Below, piece by piece: positions 16,778 to 25,636 of a stretch of 51,567 nucleotides of DNA (positions within the stretch are counted from its first letter, which is position 1; each line of letters opens with the position of its first letter). The stretch covers positions 1 to 51,567 of the forward strand of contig CAYSBQ010000002.1 of NCBI GenBank assembly GCA_964429315.1, written 5' to 3'. This stretch comes from an uncultured Desulfobacterales bacterium (GTDB taxonomy: Bacteria > Desulfobacterota > Desulfobacteria > Desulfobacterales > C00003060). The position numbers and the translations under genes were made by a program. The notes beneath the pieces are model-generated. The model worked only from the letters and a program-made list of their open reading frames with translations, was not told where the DNA came from and ran no database searches.

Positions 16778-17623
16778 TCATACAATATAGTATACGTTTG
16801 GATTCGTACCAAGCGCTGGTTTACGACGAACTGAATACCTGGACCGCAACACTTTCCTCACCTCTGAATCGGGGTCTTCCAGATCGCCAAATATCAAGGC
16901 CGGTTCTTTACCCTTTTGCGCACAAAGCTTCTGGGCCGTTTCGACGCAATATGGCATCTTTCCCTTGGCAAGCCGTTCAGCACAGAAATTGCACTTCTCC
17001 ACCACACCTTTCATTCGGGTCGGATACTCCATGTTTTGCTCTTCTTCATTGATAAACTTTCTTGGATCGACCCAGTTAAAGCTCCTTGAGCCGTATGGAC
17101 AAGCCGCCATACAGAACCGACATCCGATACAACGATGCATGTCCATAAGGACAATCCCATCGGTTTCCCTTTTAAATGTCGCCTGCGTCGGGCAAACCCT
17201 CACACACGGAGGCTCATAACAGTGGTTGCACATAACCAGAAAGGGGGCATCTTTTAAATCTTCCATTATGTGCTCATTTTCCTGGTCGGTAAATGTGTGC
17301 TCGTAATCATCATGCCAGACCCACTTGATCTCGTGCTTCGGGTTTTTTATCTCTGGAACATTATGAAATTTGTGACAGGCCGCCCGGCAAGCTTCTGCTA
17401 TTTCCTCGTCAAGCGCCTTGACATTTACCACCATGGCCCACCGTTTTGCCGTCAAGGCCTCCCCCGGTTGAAACCCTAGAGGCTTGGCAAAGAAGTGCAG
17501 GACCTTCTCGCTAATCGTAAAGTCCATTTCCTCCTTTGCGAGGACATCCGCAGCAGGTTTGGCCGCCAATCCCAACGTTGACATTCCGGCAATCTTTAGA
17601 AACTTCCTTCTGTCTACGCCCAT
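16778..17623 (-). CDS. dsrO: DsrO, periplasmic 4Fe-4S ferredoxin-like subunit with Tat signal
   Basis: MGVDRRKFLKIAGMSTLGLAA. CNHCYEPPCVRVCP, CIGCRFCMAACP, CNFC...C. The start overlaps the dsrJ stop (TAATG). Confidence 0.9.
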   Translation of the reverse strand: MGVDRRKFLKIAGMSTLGLAAKPAADVLAKEEMDFTISEKVLHFFAKPLGFQPGEALTAKRWAMVVNVKALDEEIAEACRAACHKFHNVPEIKNPKHEIKWVWHDDYEHTFTDQENEHIMEDLKDAPFLVMCNHCYEPPCVRVCPTQATFKRETDGIVLMDMHRCIGCRFCMAACPYGSRSFNWVDPRKFINEEEQNMEYPTRMKGVVEKCNFCAERLAKGKMPYCVETAQKLCAQKGKEPALIFGDLEDPDSEVRKVLRSRYSVRRKPALGTNPNVYYIV

Positions 17624-18018
17624 TACATCTTCTCCTTAGGTTCCTTAGGTGCAATATGGCAATCCCAGCAGTATGGGGCTACCGCCGTGTAGTTATGACA
17701 CTGATCGCAAAACTCCGTCTTTTTCGCATGGCAATCATTGCTCATACACGTGTTTTGCAGGCTCATCTCAAACTTCCTGCCACTGTCACTTACATAGTAT
17801 CTCCTGGCTGTCCTCACCACAGAGTCTCTCCACAGGTCCAAGACCTGCATGTGATTAACCTTCATATACTCTTTCGACTCAATGCACTTTTTTTCCTTCT
17901 TCGGATATTTTATGTCCGGCTTCGGCCCGGCCGCCCCGAGGTTCCACCACACAGGAAATGCCAACAAGATAACGCCGATAATTATGCCTGTGACTATTTT
18001 GCCTCCATCATACATCAC
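17623..18018 (-). CDS. dsrJ: DsrJ, membrane-anchored trihaem cytochrome c
   Basis: 131 aa. N-terminal TM helix. Haem sites CMSNDCH (CX4CH), CDQCH and CWDCH. ATGA overlap with dsrK. Confidence 0.85.
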   Translation of the reverse strand: MMYDGGKIVTGIIIGVILLAFPVWWNLGAAGPKPDIKYPKKEKKCIESKEYMKVNHMQVLDLWRDSVVRTARRYYVSDSGRKFEMSLQNTCMSNDCHAKKTEFCDQCHNYTAVAPYCWDCHIAPKEPKEKM

Positions 18019-19676
18019 TTTTTATCCTCCTTGCCTGGAAGGGGTTCGCCACGCAGATTCACCGTTTTTTCTTTTTCTCCATCCAATACCATGGCATTTG
18101 TCACGAGTTCATGGATACCGGTAATGTCCACTTCAGGAACATAGTAGGTCATGAGATCGGGAAGGACCGCTCGGTCGATGGCACAGATACATGCCATCAT
18201 ATTTACACCGTGTTGCTCGTGGGCATATTTCACCGCGTTTGCCCTGGGAAGCCCCCCGCGCATCCTAAGCTCCATATCCTCACCGGCATTTAAGCCGGAC
18301 CCTGCACCACAGCAAAATGTTTGCTCTCTGATCGTATTTTCCGGCATCTCATAGAAGTTGTTACACACGTTTTTGATCACATATCGGGGTTCTTCGAACA
18401 ACCCCATTCCCCGTGATGGGTTACAGGAATCATGGAAGGTCACCGTCAGATGATCATTCCTGCTGGGATCAAGCTTGAGCTTGTTATTTCTGATAAGGTC
18501 TGCCGTAAATTCGGTAATGTGGACCATCTTCGTTGACTTGGCATTCTCAAATTTGGTCCCCGTAATGGGTGAAACCGGCTCTTCCATCTTGCTTCCTTCC
18601 GCCAGTTCAAGATTCATGGTTCCCATATACTGGTTTACCACACGCCACATGTGGCCGCATTCTCCGCCGAGAATCCATTTTACACCAAGCCGTTTGGCCT
18701 CTGCATACATTTTGGAGTTCAATCGCTTCATTATCTCGTTTGAGGTGAAGAGCCCGAAGTTACCCCCCTCAGAAGCGTATGTGCTCCAGGTAATATCCAG
18801 GCCAAGCTTTTGGAGTTCATGGAATAAAATCATATAGCCCATACAAGTGTAAGTGCCAGGATCACCGAAGACATCTCCGGAGGGTGTTACAAACAGGACC
18901 TCAGCGCCCTTTCTGTTGAAGTTAGGCTTTACCCTTACACCGGTGACTTCTTCAATCTCATCAACAAAGAAATCTAACATCTCGACAAAGGCGTGAGGCT
19001 GGATACCCATGTGATTGCCGGTCTGGTAACAGAAAGCGACAGGGGCTGCGATCCAATCAATGTTTAGCCCCAGCAGGTTAGTCAGCTCACGCCCCATAAT
19101 GGTAATTTCTGCCATATCAATCCCATAAGGACAAAAGACCGAGCAACGCCGGCACTCGGAACACTGATACAGATAGTACCACAGCTCCTTAAGCCTATCG
19201 TAAGTCAGCTCTCGTCCCCCCGCCACCGGGCCGAGAATCTTTCCTGCGGTAGTAAAGTGCTGCCTGTAGATTGATCTCAGCAGCTCCGCCCTCAAGACAG
19301 GCATATTCTTTGGGTCGCCCGAACCGATGTAGAAATGGCATTTGTCGGCACAGGCGCCACACCTGACACAGATATCCATAAAGAGCTGGAACGTACGAAA
19401 CCTCCCCAGGCGGTCCTTCATGCCGTCCAGAAAGATCTTTTTCCAATTCTCCGGCAGTTTCCAGTCATCATCCATTGCCGACCATTCACGAGGGTTCGGC
19501 ATCCCTACCTTCTTAAGCCTATCCGGTTTGGCGGCGTAACAATGCATGCCGCGCTTGATTTCAACAGGGGTCGTATTCATCCACCCCTTTACGCGGGGCT
19601 TGGGCGTGTGCTCTGTTCCGCTCAGAAAGTCCCCTGGTTCTTGTGGAAGTTTCCAATCCTTTGGTATCCTAGGCAT
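18015..19676 (-). CDS. dsrK: DsrK, HdrD-like FeS/CCG-domain catalytic subunit
   Basis: 553 aa. CVRCGACADKC, CSECRRCSVFCP, and C-terminal CCG-type motifs (FCCGAG). AAGGAG RBS. Confidence 0.9.
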   Translation of the reverse strand: MPRIPKDWKLPQEPGDFLSGTEHTPKPRVKGWMNTTPVEIKRGMHCYAAKPDRLKKVGMPNPREWSAMDDDWKLPENWKKIFLDGMKDRLGRFRTFQLFMDICVRCGACADKCHFYIGSGDPKNMPVLRAELLRSIYRQHFTTAGKILGPVAGGRELTYDRLKELWYYLYQCSECRRCSVFCPYGIDMAEITIMGRELTNLLGLNIDWIAAPVAFCYQTGNHMGIQPHAFVEMLDFFVDEIEEVTGVRVKPNFNRKGAEVLFVTPSGDVFGDPGTYTCMGYMILFHELQKLGLDITWSTYASEGGNFGLFTSNEIMKRLNSKMYAEAKRLGVKWILGGECGHMWRVVNQYMGTMNLELAEGSKMEEPVSPITGTKFENAKSTKMVHITEFTADLIRNNKLKLDPSRNDHLTVTFHDSCNPSRGMGLFEEPRYVIKNVCNNFYEMPENTIREQTFCCGAGSGLNAGEDMELRMRGGLPRANAVKYAHEQHGVNMMACICAIDRAVLPDLMTYYVPEVDITGIHELVTNAMVLDGEKEKTVNLRGEPLPGKEDKK

Positions 19677-19695
19677 GATAACTCCTTCTTCAGGT

Positions 19696-20733
19696 CTATT
19701 CTTTTGCTTCCTTCGACGCCGGCTGTTTATCTACTGGTAGCCCAGCGCCAATCATCTTGTCTCTATAGTCATCTTCGTACTCTTCGTATGTATGTAACTT
19801 AACTTCCGGGTTCCACGGATTTATGTGCCTGACTGCACGGTTATTGTTCTCAAGGTTTCTCGTGGGGCTCAGGAAAACACCGCCCATGTGCGTTAGTTTG
19901 CTGAATGGAAAGTAGGCAAAAAGGACACTCACCAGAAACAAATGGATATAAAATAAAACCCCTATTCCTTCAGGGATCTTGGGGTTAAAATTGGCAAGCC
20001 CCATGGTAAGCTCCTTAACACCCACAATATCGGTCTTTAGACCGTATCGCATCAAGATGCCTGTTCCTGCAATGGTTAAGATCAAAAAGAGAGGGAAATA
20101 ATCGGCAGGAAGCGAGATATAGCGTAACTGAGGGACAAGAAGCCTTCTTAACAGCAGGAATGTTAAAGCCGCACCCAGCAGAAGACCGCTCTGATAAACA
20201 GCGGGAACAAATATCTGAAAAAAACCATCAATGTTTTCGGTAAGAGTCACAAACCAAGGATTAGATTGTGTAAAAAACCTCAGATGCCTGATTATAATAA
20301 CCAAAAAACAATAGTGAAACGCCATGGCCCCAATCCAGAGCCACTTAGAAGATGTGTATCTGACATCTTGCCCTGTGCCGAATTGCATCCTTGAATTTCT
20401 GAAAAGAGAGCGGAAAAAGAAGATCTCAAGAATCATCCGACCCCAGACACCGAGCTTTGTGGAAGGGTTGTCCAGTTTGTCACTATAGGTATACTTGATC
20501 CACGGCAAAGACTTTTGTTGCGAACAGGTAGTTGGTATCCGGAAGGGGACAGGCGATTTTGCCCATTTCACCACACGGTAGATCATCCCTAAAAAGAATA
20601 TGATGACAGCAATATAGGGAATAACTATCCCAAACAGGACATTAAAGTGTGCCACCCAAACTCCCAAAAAGGCGATCGCAACAAGCCCGGAAATCGCAAG
20701 ACCGGAAATCGCAAGACTCAGTATCACGTTCAT
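19696..20733 (-). CDS. dsrM: DsrM, NarI/HdrE-like dihaem b membrane subunit
   Basis: 345 aa and polytopic. GAGGGAG RBS. First gene of the dsrMKJOP order. Confidence 0.9.
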   Translation of the reverse strand: MNVILSLAISGLAISGLVAIAFLGVWVAHFNVLFGIVIPYIAVIIFFLGMIYRVVKWAKSPVPFRIPTTCSQQKSLPWIKYTYSDKLDNPSTKLGVWGRMILEIFFFRSLFRNSRMQFGTGQDVRYTSSKWLWIGAMAFHYCFLVIIIRHLRFFTQSNPWFVTLTENIDGFFQIFVPAVYQSGLLLGAALTFLLLRRLLVPQLRYISLPADYFPLFLILTIAGTGILMRYGLKTDIVGVKELTMGLANFNPKIPEGIGVLFYIHLFLVSVLFAYFPFSKLTHMGGVFLSPTRNLENNNRAVRHINPWNPEVKLHTYEEYEDDYRDKMIGAGLPVDKQPASKEAKE

Positions 20734-20760
20734 TTAGTGCTCCCTCGCTTCCGTGTAAGG

Positions 20761-21315
20761 TTAGCTATTATTAATGTTGGCCATGTTCTCTTGGAGATCC
20801 AGCTGATCTTCCGGGATCTCAAAGACCAAACCTGCCTTCTTTAACAATCTGGAAGTATGCCTCTTGACAGATTCCACCCTAATATCGTAAATCTGTTGTC
20901 GGCACCTGGAATAAATATCAAAGCCAAGAAGGGCTAAGTCATCTATCTTCGCCTCAAATGCAGCCCACTCTTTGGAAAACCCATTTTTATTGATCTTACT
21001 TCCCAGGTCTTTTCTTATCACCTGCTTCAGCCCAAACAAAAAGCTGATGGCTTTTGACGGGGAAAACTCCTGAATGGCCCTTATCCTAATGATACTATCA
21101 AGGACCTTAGAAAGCTCATCTATGTCAGCATCTTCTAGGAGAGCGTCATAAGCCAACTCGATTCCCTCAAAGAGAACGTGACCTACCGGATTCCCGAATT
21201 GGTCCTTTTTTTTGAAAAAACCTTGGCTTTCTTCGGGATAACTTTTGAGTGCGAGATCACACCACGCCTTAACGATAGAAGATTTGTTGTCGGAAAGAAG
21301 TTTTTTCAGGCTCAT
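20761..21315 (-). CDS. hypothetical protein, probably RsbRD_N-like domain protein commonly seen next to dsrM
   Basis: 184 aa. DQFGNPVGHVLFEGIE...FSPSKAISFLFGLKQVIR resembles the RsbRD N-terminal domain family (from memory, not searched). Confidence 0.5.
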   Translation of the reverse strand: MSLKKLLSDNKSSIVKAWCDLALKSYPEESQGFFKKKDQFGNPVGHVLFEGIELAYDALLEDADIDELSKVLDSIIRIRAIQEFSPSKAISFLFGLKQVIRKDLGSKINKNGFSKEWAAFEAKIDDLALLGFDIYSRCRQQIYDIRVESVKRHTSRLLKKAGLVFEIPEDQLDLQENMANINNS

Positions 21316-21381
21316 ATAATATTACTTTTTTTGTTCTCAAACGATTGTTGAATGAAAGTTAAAAGTCTCAAACCTCTTGGC

Positions 21382-21410
21382 CTCATACATAAAATAGACG
21401 CACTTGTCAA
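21382..21410 (-). promoter_or_regulatory. sigma70-like promoter TTGACA-17-TATGAG for the 184-aa gene plus dsrMKJOP
   Basis: Minus strand: gtcTTGACAagtgcgtctattttatgTATGAGgcc. Confidence 0.4.
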
Positions 21411-21456
21411 GACAAAAAAAGGCGGTCCTGCGACTGAGTTTGCCGGTGATCTGTTA

Positions 21457-21544
21457 TGGTGCCGGAGGTCGGAGTTGAACCGACATGAGCGCAAAGCCCG
21501 GAGGATTTTGAGTCCTCTGCGTCTACCAATTTCACCACTCCGGC
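21457..21544 (-). tRNA. tRNA-Leu (anticodon CAA), CCA encoded
   Basis: Minus strand: GCCGGAGTGGTGAAATTGGTAGACGCAGAGGACTCAAAATCCTCCGGGCTTTGCGCTCATGTCGGTTCAACTCCGACCTCCGGCACCA. It has a 7-bp acceptor stem GCCGGAG/CTCCGGC, an anticodon stem GAGGA/TCCTC with loop CTCAAAA, a long variable arm, and a T-arm GTCGG-TTCAACT-CCGAC. Confidence 0.92.
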
Positions 21545-21755
21545 AAAAGATCGTTTAGAGTCTAGAAAACGGCTTGCTGGTTGTCAATCAGAATTTTTCT
21601 TGCACACAATTTGGATAAGCTCTCAATAAGTGTGGCTTTAGTCAGCTCAACAAGATCCCTTGGCGTAACTTTTTAAAAACGTACCGAGTCGGCTCGCAAA
21701 TATTATTTAACGACTTCGTCCATCAATATTTGTCGGTCGACAAGACCAATATACC

Positions 21756-21784
21756 TTGACAGAACAGCCAAGCATCGTTATAAT
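21756..21784 (+). promoter_or_regulatory. perfect-consensus sigma70 promoter TTGACA-17-TATAAT upstream of tatA
   Basis: accTTGACAgaacagccaagcatcgtTATAATtcc. Lies about 55 nt upstream of the tatA ATG. Confidence 0.65.
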
Positions 21785-21838
21785 TCCAAAGATATATTTA
21801 GCCGTAATTCTGAAATTTTATACTATAAGGAGTCACTT

Positions 21839-22273
21839 ATGTTTGGGATGGGAATGCCGGAGATCATCTTGATTCTGGCCATAGCGCTGATAGTTCTTGG
21901 CCCCAAAAAACTCCCCGAAATAGCCAAATCGCTTGGAAAGGGTATCGCGGAGTTTAAGAAGGCCACGCGAGATTTCAAGGAAAGCATTGAAGTCGATAAC
22001 GATTTTAAGGAAGCCAAAAATACGATTCGAGACATCAAGGGTGATATTCAGCAGAGTGTCCATCAGTCCATGGCCGAAGGTGCTGCTTCTTTGAACGATG
22101 AAGACAAAAAACAAGATCCGGAAATTGGAAAAGACGATGACCCACTGCCGGAAGCTGATTCAGAGACTGATACTGAGCAACCACCCAATCAGGAAACAGA
22201 TCAGGACATAAAAGAGTCCTCGCAGCAGACGGAACAGGAAGCTGAAGAGAAAGGACCCTCCAAGGATGCCTGA
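21839..22273 (+). CDS. tatA: TatA/TatB-family twin-arginine translocase subunit with a long acidic tail
   Basis: MFGMGMPEIILILAIALIVLGPKKLPEIAKSLGKGIAEFKKA is the canonical TatA/E/B N-terminus. 144 aa. AAGGAG RBS. Confidence 0.85.
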   Translation: MFGMGMPEIILILAIALIVLGPKKLPEIAKSLGKGIAEFKKATRDFKESIEVDNDFKEAKNTIRDIKGDIQQSVHQSMAEGAASLNDEDKKQDPEIGKDDDPLPEADSETDTEQPPNQETDQDIKESSQQTEQEAEEKGPSKDA

Positions 22274-23042
22274 AGGTGAAAAGCTTCCCTTTACCACACA
22301 TCTCGATGAACTTCGTAAGCGACTCATAATTTGCTTTATTGCCATCGGTGTTGGCTTCTGCCTCTGTTATGGCTTTTCAAAGCAGCTCTTTGAAGTCCTC
22401 ATGCAGCCTCTTCTTGCGGCAATGCCGCCCGAAGGAAAACTTGTCTACACAGGTCTTCCCGAGGCCTTTTTTACTTATCTAAAAGTTGCTCTATTGGCAG
22501 GGATACTTCTGGCTATCCCTGTTATCATCTATCAATTCTGGATGTTTATAGCTCCCGGTCTTTACGACAAGGAAAGGAAGTGGGTTTTGCCCATTGTCTT
22601 TCTTTGCTCATTCTTTTTCTTGGGTGGGGCGCTATTTGGATACTACGTGGTTTTTCCTTTTGGATTCAAGTTCTTTATGGGCTTTGCATCTGACGCCATT
22701 AAGCCACTGCCGTCGGTAAAGGAATATATGGGTTTTTCTACCAAACTCCTTATTGCCTTTGGCATTGTCTTTGAGCTTCCCCTCTTTATAACCTTTTTGG
22801 CAAAACTCGGGATAGTGGACGTACGCTTCCTGACGACCAACCGCAAGTATGCCATCCTCAGTTTCTTCATATTGGCGGCAATCTTGACCCCCCCTGATGT
22901 TGTCACACAGATCATGATGTCCGGCCCCCTGATTATCCTTTACGAAGTAAGCATCGTAGGCGCCAGGCTCTTTGGAAAGAAGAAAAAGAACAAAGACATA
23001 GAAGAGACTGACAAAAAAGACGATAAGCAAAATGCCGGGTGA
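22266..23042 (+). CDS. tatC: twin-arginine translocase subunit TatC
   Basis: 258 aa. LPFTTHLDELRKRLI start and a six-TM pattern. 8-nt overlap with tatA. Confidence 0.9.
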   Translation: MPEGEKLPFTTHLDELRKRLIICFIAIGVGFCLCYGFSKQLFEVLMQPLLAAMPPEGKLVYTGLPEAFFTYLKVALLAGILLAIPVIIYQFWMFIAPGLYDKERKWVLPIVFLCSFFFLGGALFGYYVVFPFGFKFFMGFASDAIKPLPSVKEYMGFSTKLLIAFGIVFELPLFITFLAKLGIVDVRFLTTNRKYAILSFFILAAILTPPDVVTQIMMSGPLIILYEVSIVGARLFGKKKKNKDIEETDKKDDKQNAG

Positions 23043-23054
23043 CGGTTTTTCTCC

Positions 23055-23083
23055 TTGACATCTGCCGGTCATTTTGCTAGAAA
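23055..23083 (+). promoter_or_regulatory. possible promoter TTGACA-17-TAGAAA upstream of cytochrome c3
   Basis: tccTTGACAtctgccggtcattttgcTAGAAAagc. Confidence 0.35.
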
Positions 23084-23159
23084 AGCTCCCCTTAGAGTTG
23101 GTCACAGCTCTTTAAAGTTATTAGCTTATTAAATTTTGTGAAAGGAGGAAAGGTAGGAC

Positions 23160-23612
23160 ATGAAGAAACGCGCACTGTTAACATTGGCAATTGCACTATT
23201 GGGGGTGGTCTTTGTCTTTTCGATGGTGCATGCCACAGATGCACCCGATACCATCGAGATGAATTCCAAGGTGTTCAAGAAACACTCAAAATCTCTCGTA
23301 ACCTTCAGCCACAAGAAACACAATATCGACTACAAAGTCCCCTGCGCTCAATGCCACCATGTGTACAAGGACGGAAAGAATGTGTGGAAAGAGAGCGATG
23401 CAGTCCAAAAATGTGATGTCTGTCACAGCGAGGCCAAAGCGCCCAAGACAAAGAAGGATGAACCAAAGATATCTACGAAGGAAAAAATCGCAAAGTACTA
23501 CTACTCAGCGATTCACGAGAACTGCAAGAGCTGCCACAACGACTTGAAAAAGGCTGGAAAAAAGGCCGGCCCCACGGCATGCAAGGACTGCCATCCGAAT
23601 AAAAAGAAATAA
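23160..23612 (+). CDS. periplasmic tetrahaem cytochrome c3 (type I c3-like)
   Basis: 150 aa. Sec signal MKKRALLTLAIALLGVVFVFSMVHA, FSHKKH, four CxxCH (CAQCH, CDVCH, CKSCH, CKDCH), and Lys-rich. Confidence 0.85.
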   Translation: MKKRALLTLAIALLGVVFVFSMVHATDAPDTIEMNSKVFKKHSKSLVTFSHKKHNIDYKVPCAQCHHVYKDGKNVWKESDAVQKCDVCHSEAKAPKTKKDEPKISTKEKIAKYYYSAIHENCKSCHNDLKKAGKKAGPTACKDCHPNKKK

Positions 23613-23626
23613 GAAAGATAAGAAAA

Positions 23627-23668
23627 CCAATAGGGCAATGGCCGTTAAAGCCTTGCCCTATTGGTTTT
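23627..23668 (+). terminator. strong intrinsic terminator (perfect 12-bp stem)
   Basis: CCAATAGGGCAA-tggccgttaaagcc-TTGCCCTATTGG, then TTTT. The reverse strand also ends in a U-run, so it may act bidirectionally. Confidence 0.7.
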
Positions 23669-23834
23669 AGGGGACAAGGATTCCAGGGGTCAAGTGCTTT
23701 TCTTGCTAACGATCATATAAATTCCCAAACATAGCTTATAGGACCTTTGTAAAACTTTTTGTTCTCTATAATGTCTATGCATTTCACTTGAATCCTAGAA
23801 CCCTTGCATCTTTTAAAGGCGAAAGCCACAATCC

Positions 23835-25292
23835 TCAAATTGTATTCTTTTCGCCTTGATACCGTCTGCTAGCCTCCACCATCGCCTTTGCCCAGGCAGG
23901 TGTTCCCAGGGCATGGATGTGGGTGTATGTTGCAAGGGTGTTCTTGGAGCACAGGCCGTCCCTTTTGCCGTCAATACCGCCACCGCGTATCATCCTGAAG
24001 GCCAGATCCTCGGAATTTCCCTGCCAACTTAATACCTTGGAATAATGAAACTCATGCCCACGGACTCGACTACCTATCTCAAAGTATGGGTTTTGCCTTT
24101 CTACCTCAAAAATAGTGTACCCATGCCCCTGTGGCCGTCTTGAAAACCCAAAAACCACCGGGAAAAGCCCGACCATGGGGTAGACCTCGCCTCCCAGGAC
24201 GAGCTTCTGCCCTAAGTACATGAGTCCGCCGCATTCCGCATACACCGGAAGACCTCCTTTTGCCAAACGGCACAACTCCTTTCGAAATACCTCGTTGGCC
24301 GCAAGGCCTTTTGCCTGTGTTTCCGGGAAACCACCGCCGATATAAAGCCCGTCCAGGGGGGGCAGTCCTGGATCCGCCAGGGCGCTCAATATGACGATTT
24401 CGGCCCCGGCCTGTTCAAGGGCTGTTATGTTTTCCGGATAATAAAACTGAAAGGCGGCATCTTGGATGACACCGATGCGGGGCAGGGTTGCACTCGTTTT
24501 CCATCCGCCGGGGCCATGGGCATCGTCCGGACCCGAAGAAGTAGCCGGCTCTCCACTACTGTTGATACACTTGCCGGAGGCCTTGTTGCCGGCCGGCAGA
24601 TCCGGGGCCTGCCTTGCCACCGCCAAGAGCCCTTCCAAATCAAGGAACTGTTCCGCCATCTCGGCGGCTATGTCTATTGAGTCTGTCGCCCAGGCGTGCT
24701 CTGGTGTGGGGACAAGTCCCATGTGTCTTTCCGGAAACAGCTCTTCTGTGAGCTTGGGTATGGCCCCAAGGACAGGCACATGGCAGTAGGTTTCCACGGC
24801 CTGCGTGACGATCGATTGGTGGCGAGATCCGGCAATGCGATTGAGGATTACACCGGCAATATCGACGTCGGGGCTAAACTGAATACACCCGAAAACCACC
24901 GCCGCCACCGTGCGAGTAGTCTTGGTACAATCAACGACTAGGATCACCGGGGTCCCCAACAACCTGGCCAGCTCGGCCGTGCTGGTGCTCCCTTCCACAT
25001 CCAGCCCATCGTAGAGCCCCCGGTTGCCCTCGACAACACAAACACCTCCGGGCTCAGCCCAAGAGAGAAAAGAGGAACGGATCGTTTCGGCAGGCATAAA
25101 AAAAGGGTCCAGATTATGACACGGCCGGCCGGCCGCAAGGGCCAGCCAACCCGCATCAATAAAATCCGGTCCCTTTTTGAAAGGGATAACGGCCATCCCG
25201 CTTTTCCGCCAGGACGCGATCAAACTCAAGGAAACGATCGTTTTTCCCGAACCTCCACGCAAACCGGCGATCAAAATCCGGGAAGTTGCCAT
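23835..25292 (-). CDS. dsrN: CobB/CbiA-family a,c-diamide synthase; in this context DsrN (sirohaem amidase)
   Basis: 485 aa. GLRGGSGKTIVSLSL...PFKKGPDFIDAGW...NLDPFFM N-domain and a glutamine amidotransferase C-domain (AECGGLMYL, GHEFHYS). Follows dsrD. Confidence 0.85.
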   Translation of the reverse strand: MATSRILIAGLRGGSGKTIVSLSLIASWRKSGMAVIPFKKGPDFIDAGWLALAAGRPCHNLDPFFMPAETIRSSFLSWAEPGGVCVVEGNRGLYDGLDVEGSTSTAELARLLGTPVILVVDCTKTTRTVAAVVFGCIQFSPDVDIAGVILNRIAGSRHQSIVTQAVETYCHVPVLGAIPKLTEELFPERHMGLVPTPEHAWATDSIDIAAEMAEQFLDLEGLLAVARQAPDLPAGNKASGKCINSSGEPATSSGPDDAHGPGGWKTSATLPRIGVIQDAAFQFYYPENITALEQAGAEIVILSALADPGLPPLDGLYIGGGFPETQAKGLAANEVFRKELCRLAKGGLPVYAECGGLMYLGQKLVLGGEVYPMVGLFPVVFGFSRRPQGHGYTIFEVERQNPYFEIGSRVRGHEFHYSKVLSWQGNSEDLAFRMIRGGGIDGKRDGLCSKNTLATYTHIHALGTPAWAKAMVEASRRYQGEKNTI

Positions 25293-25367
25293 AATCCAGG
25301 TTTCTTTTTGCTCAGAAGCAACTTGGTATTAGAAAGTCATTACCTGATAGGCCGAGGCACATATGTA

Positions 25368-25610
25368 CTACTCGTCTTCACCCTCGCCACCGGCCTGCTT
25401 GCCAACACCTTTCAGCCCAATCAGGGTCGTGCTTCCACTCGACCAATACTCAAGAGTACCTTCCCCTACCATTTTGTTAACCAGGTTCTTCACGGTCCTG
25501 GGCTTTTCGTCAGGGATCATCTTGTAGAAATCCTTGAGATAGAACTTGGACTTCCCCTTTTTCTTTTCCAGGCTTTCTACGATGGTTTTCTTTGCAGCTT
25601 CTTCGTCCAT
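25368..25610 (-). CDS. dsrD: DsrD, small winged-helix protein of the dsr operon
   Basis: Start chosen at ATG 25610 (MDEEAAKKTIVESLEKKKGKSKFYLKDFYKM...VNKMVGEGTLEYWSSGSTT). About 80 aa, directly after dsrB. Confidence 0.8.
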   Translation of the reverse strand: MDEEAAKKTIVESLEKKKGKSKFYLKDFYKMIPDEKPRTVKNLVNKMVGEGTLEYWSSGSTTLIGLKGVGKQAGGEGEDE

Positions 25611-25636
25611 TTTTTCTCTCTTTCTTTGCCTGCAGG

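Noticed and set aside
17623-18018. CX4CH first haem site in DsrJ as an anomaly
   Set aside because: CX4CH sites are common in c3-type multihaem cytochromes. Without an alignment I cannot say it deviates from other DsrJ proteins.
21839-22273. Unusually long (144 aa) acidic-tailed TatA
   Set aside because: The length and charged tail fall between typical TatA and TatB. It is probably a TatB-like or bifunctional TatA/B subunit, so it is not clearly anomalous.
23678-23795. Interrupted inverted repeat GGATTC(cagggg)TCAAGTG ... CACTTGAATCC between cytochrome c3 and dsrN
   Set aside because: The arms are short (13 bp with a 6-nt bulge) and ~88 nt apart. There is no adjacent U-tract or ORF. This is within chance expectation for an AT-rich spacer.
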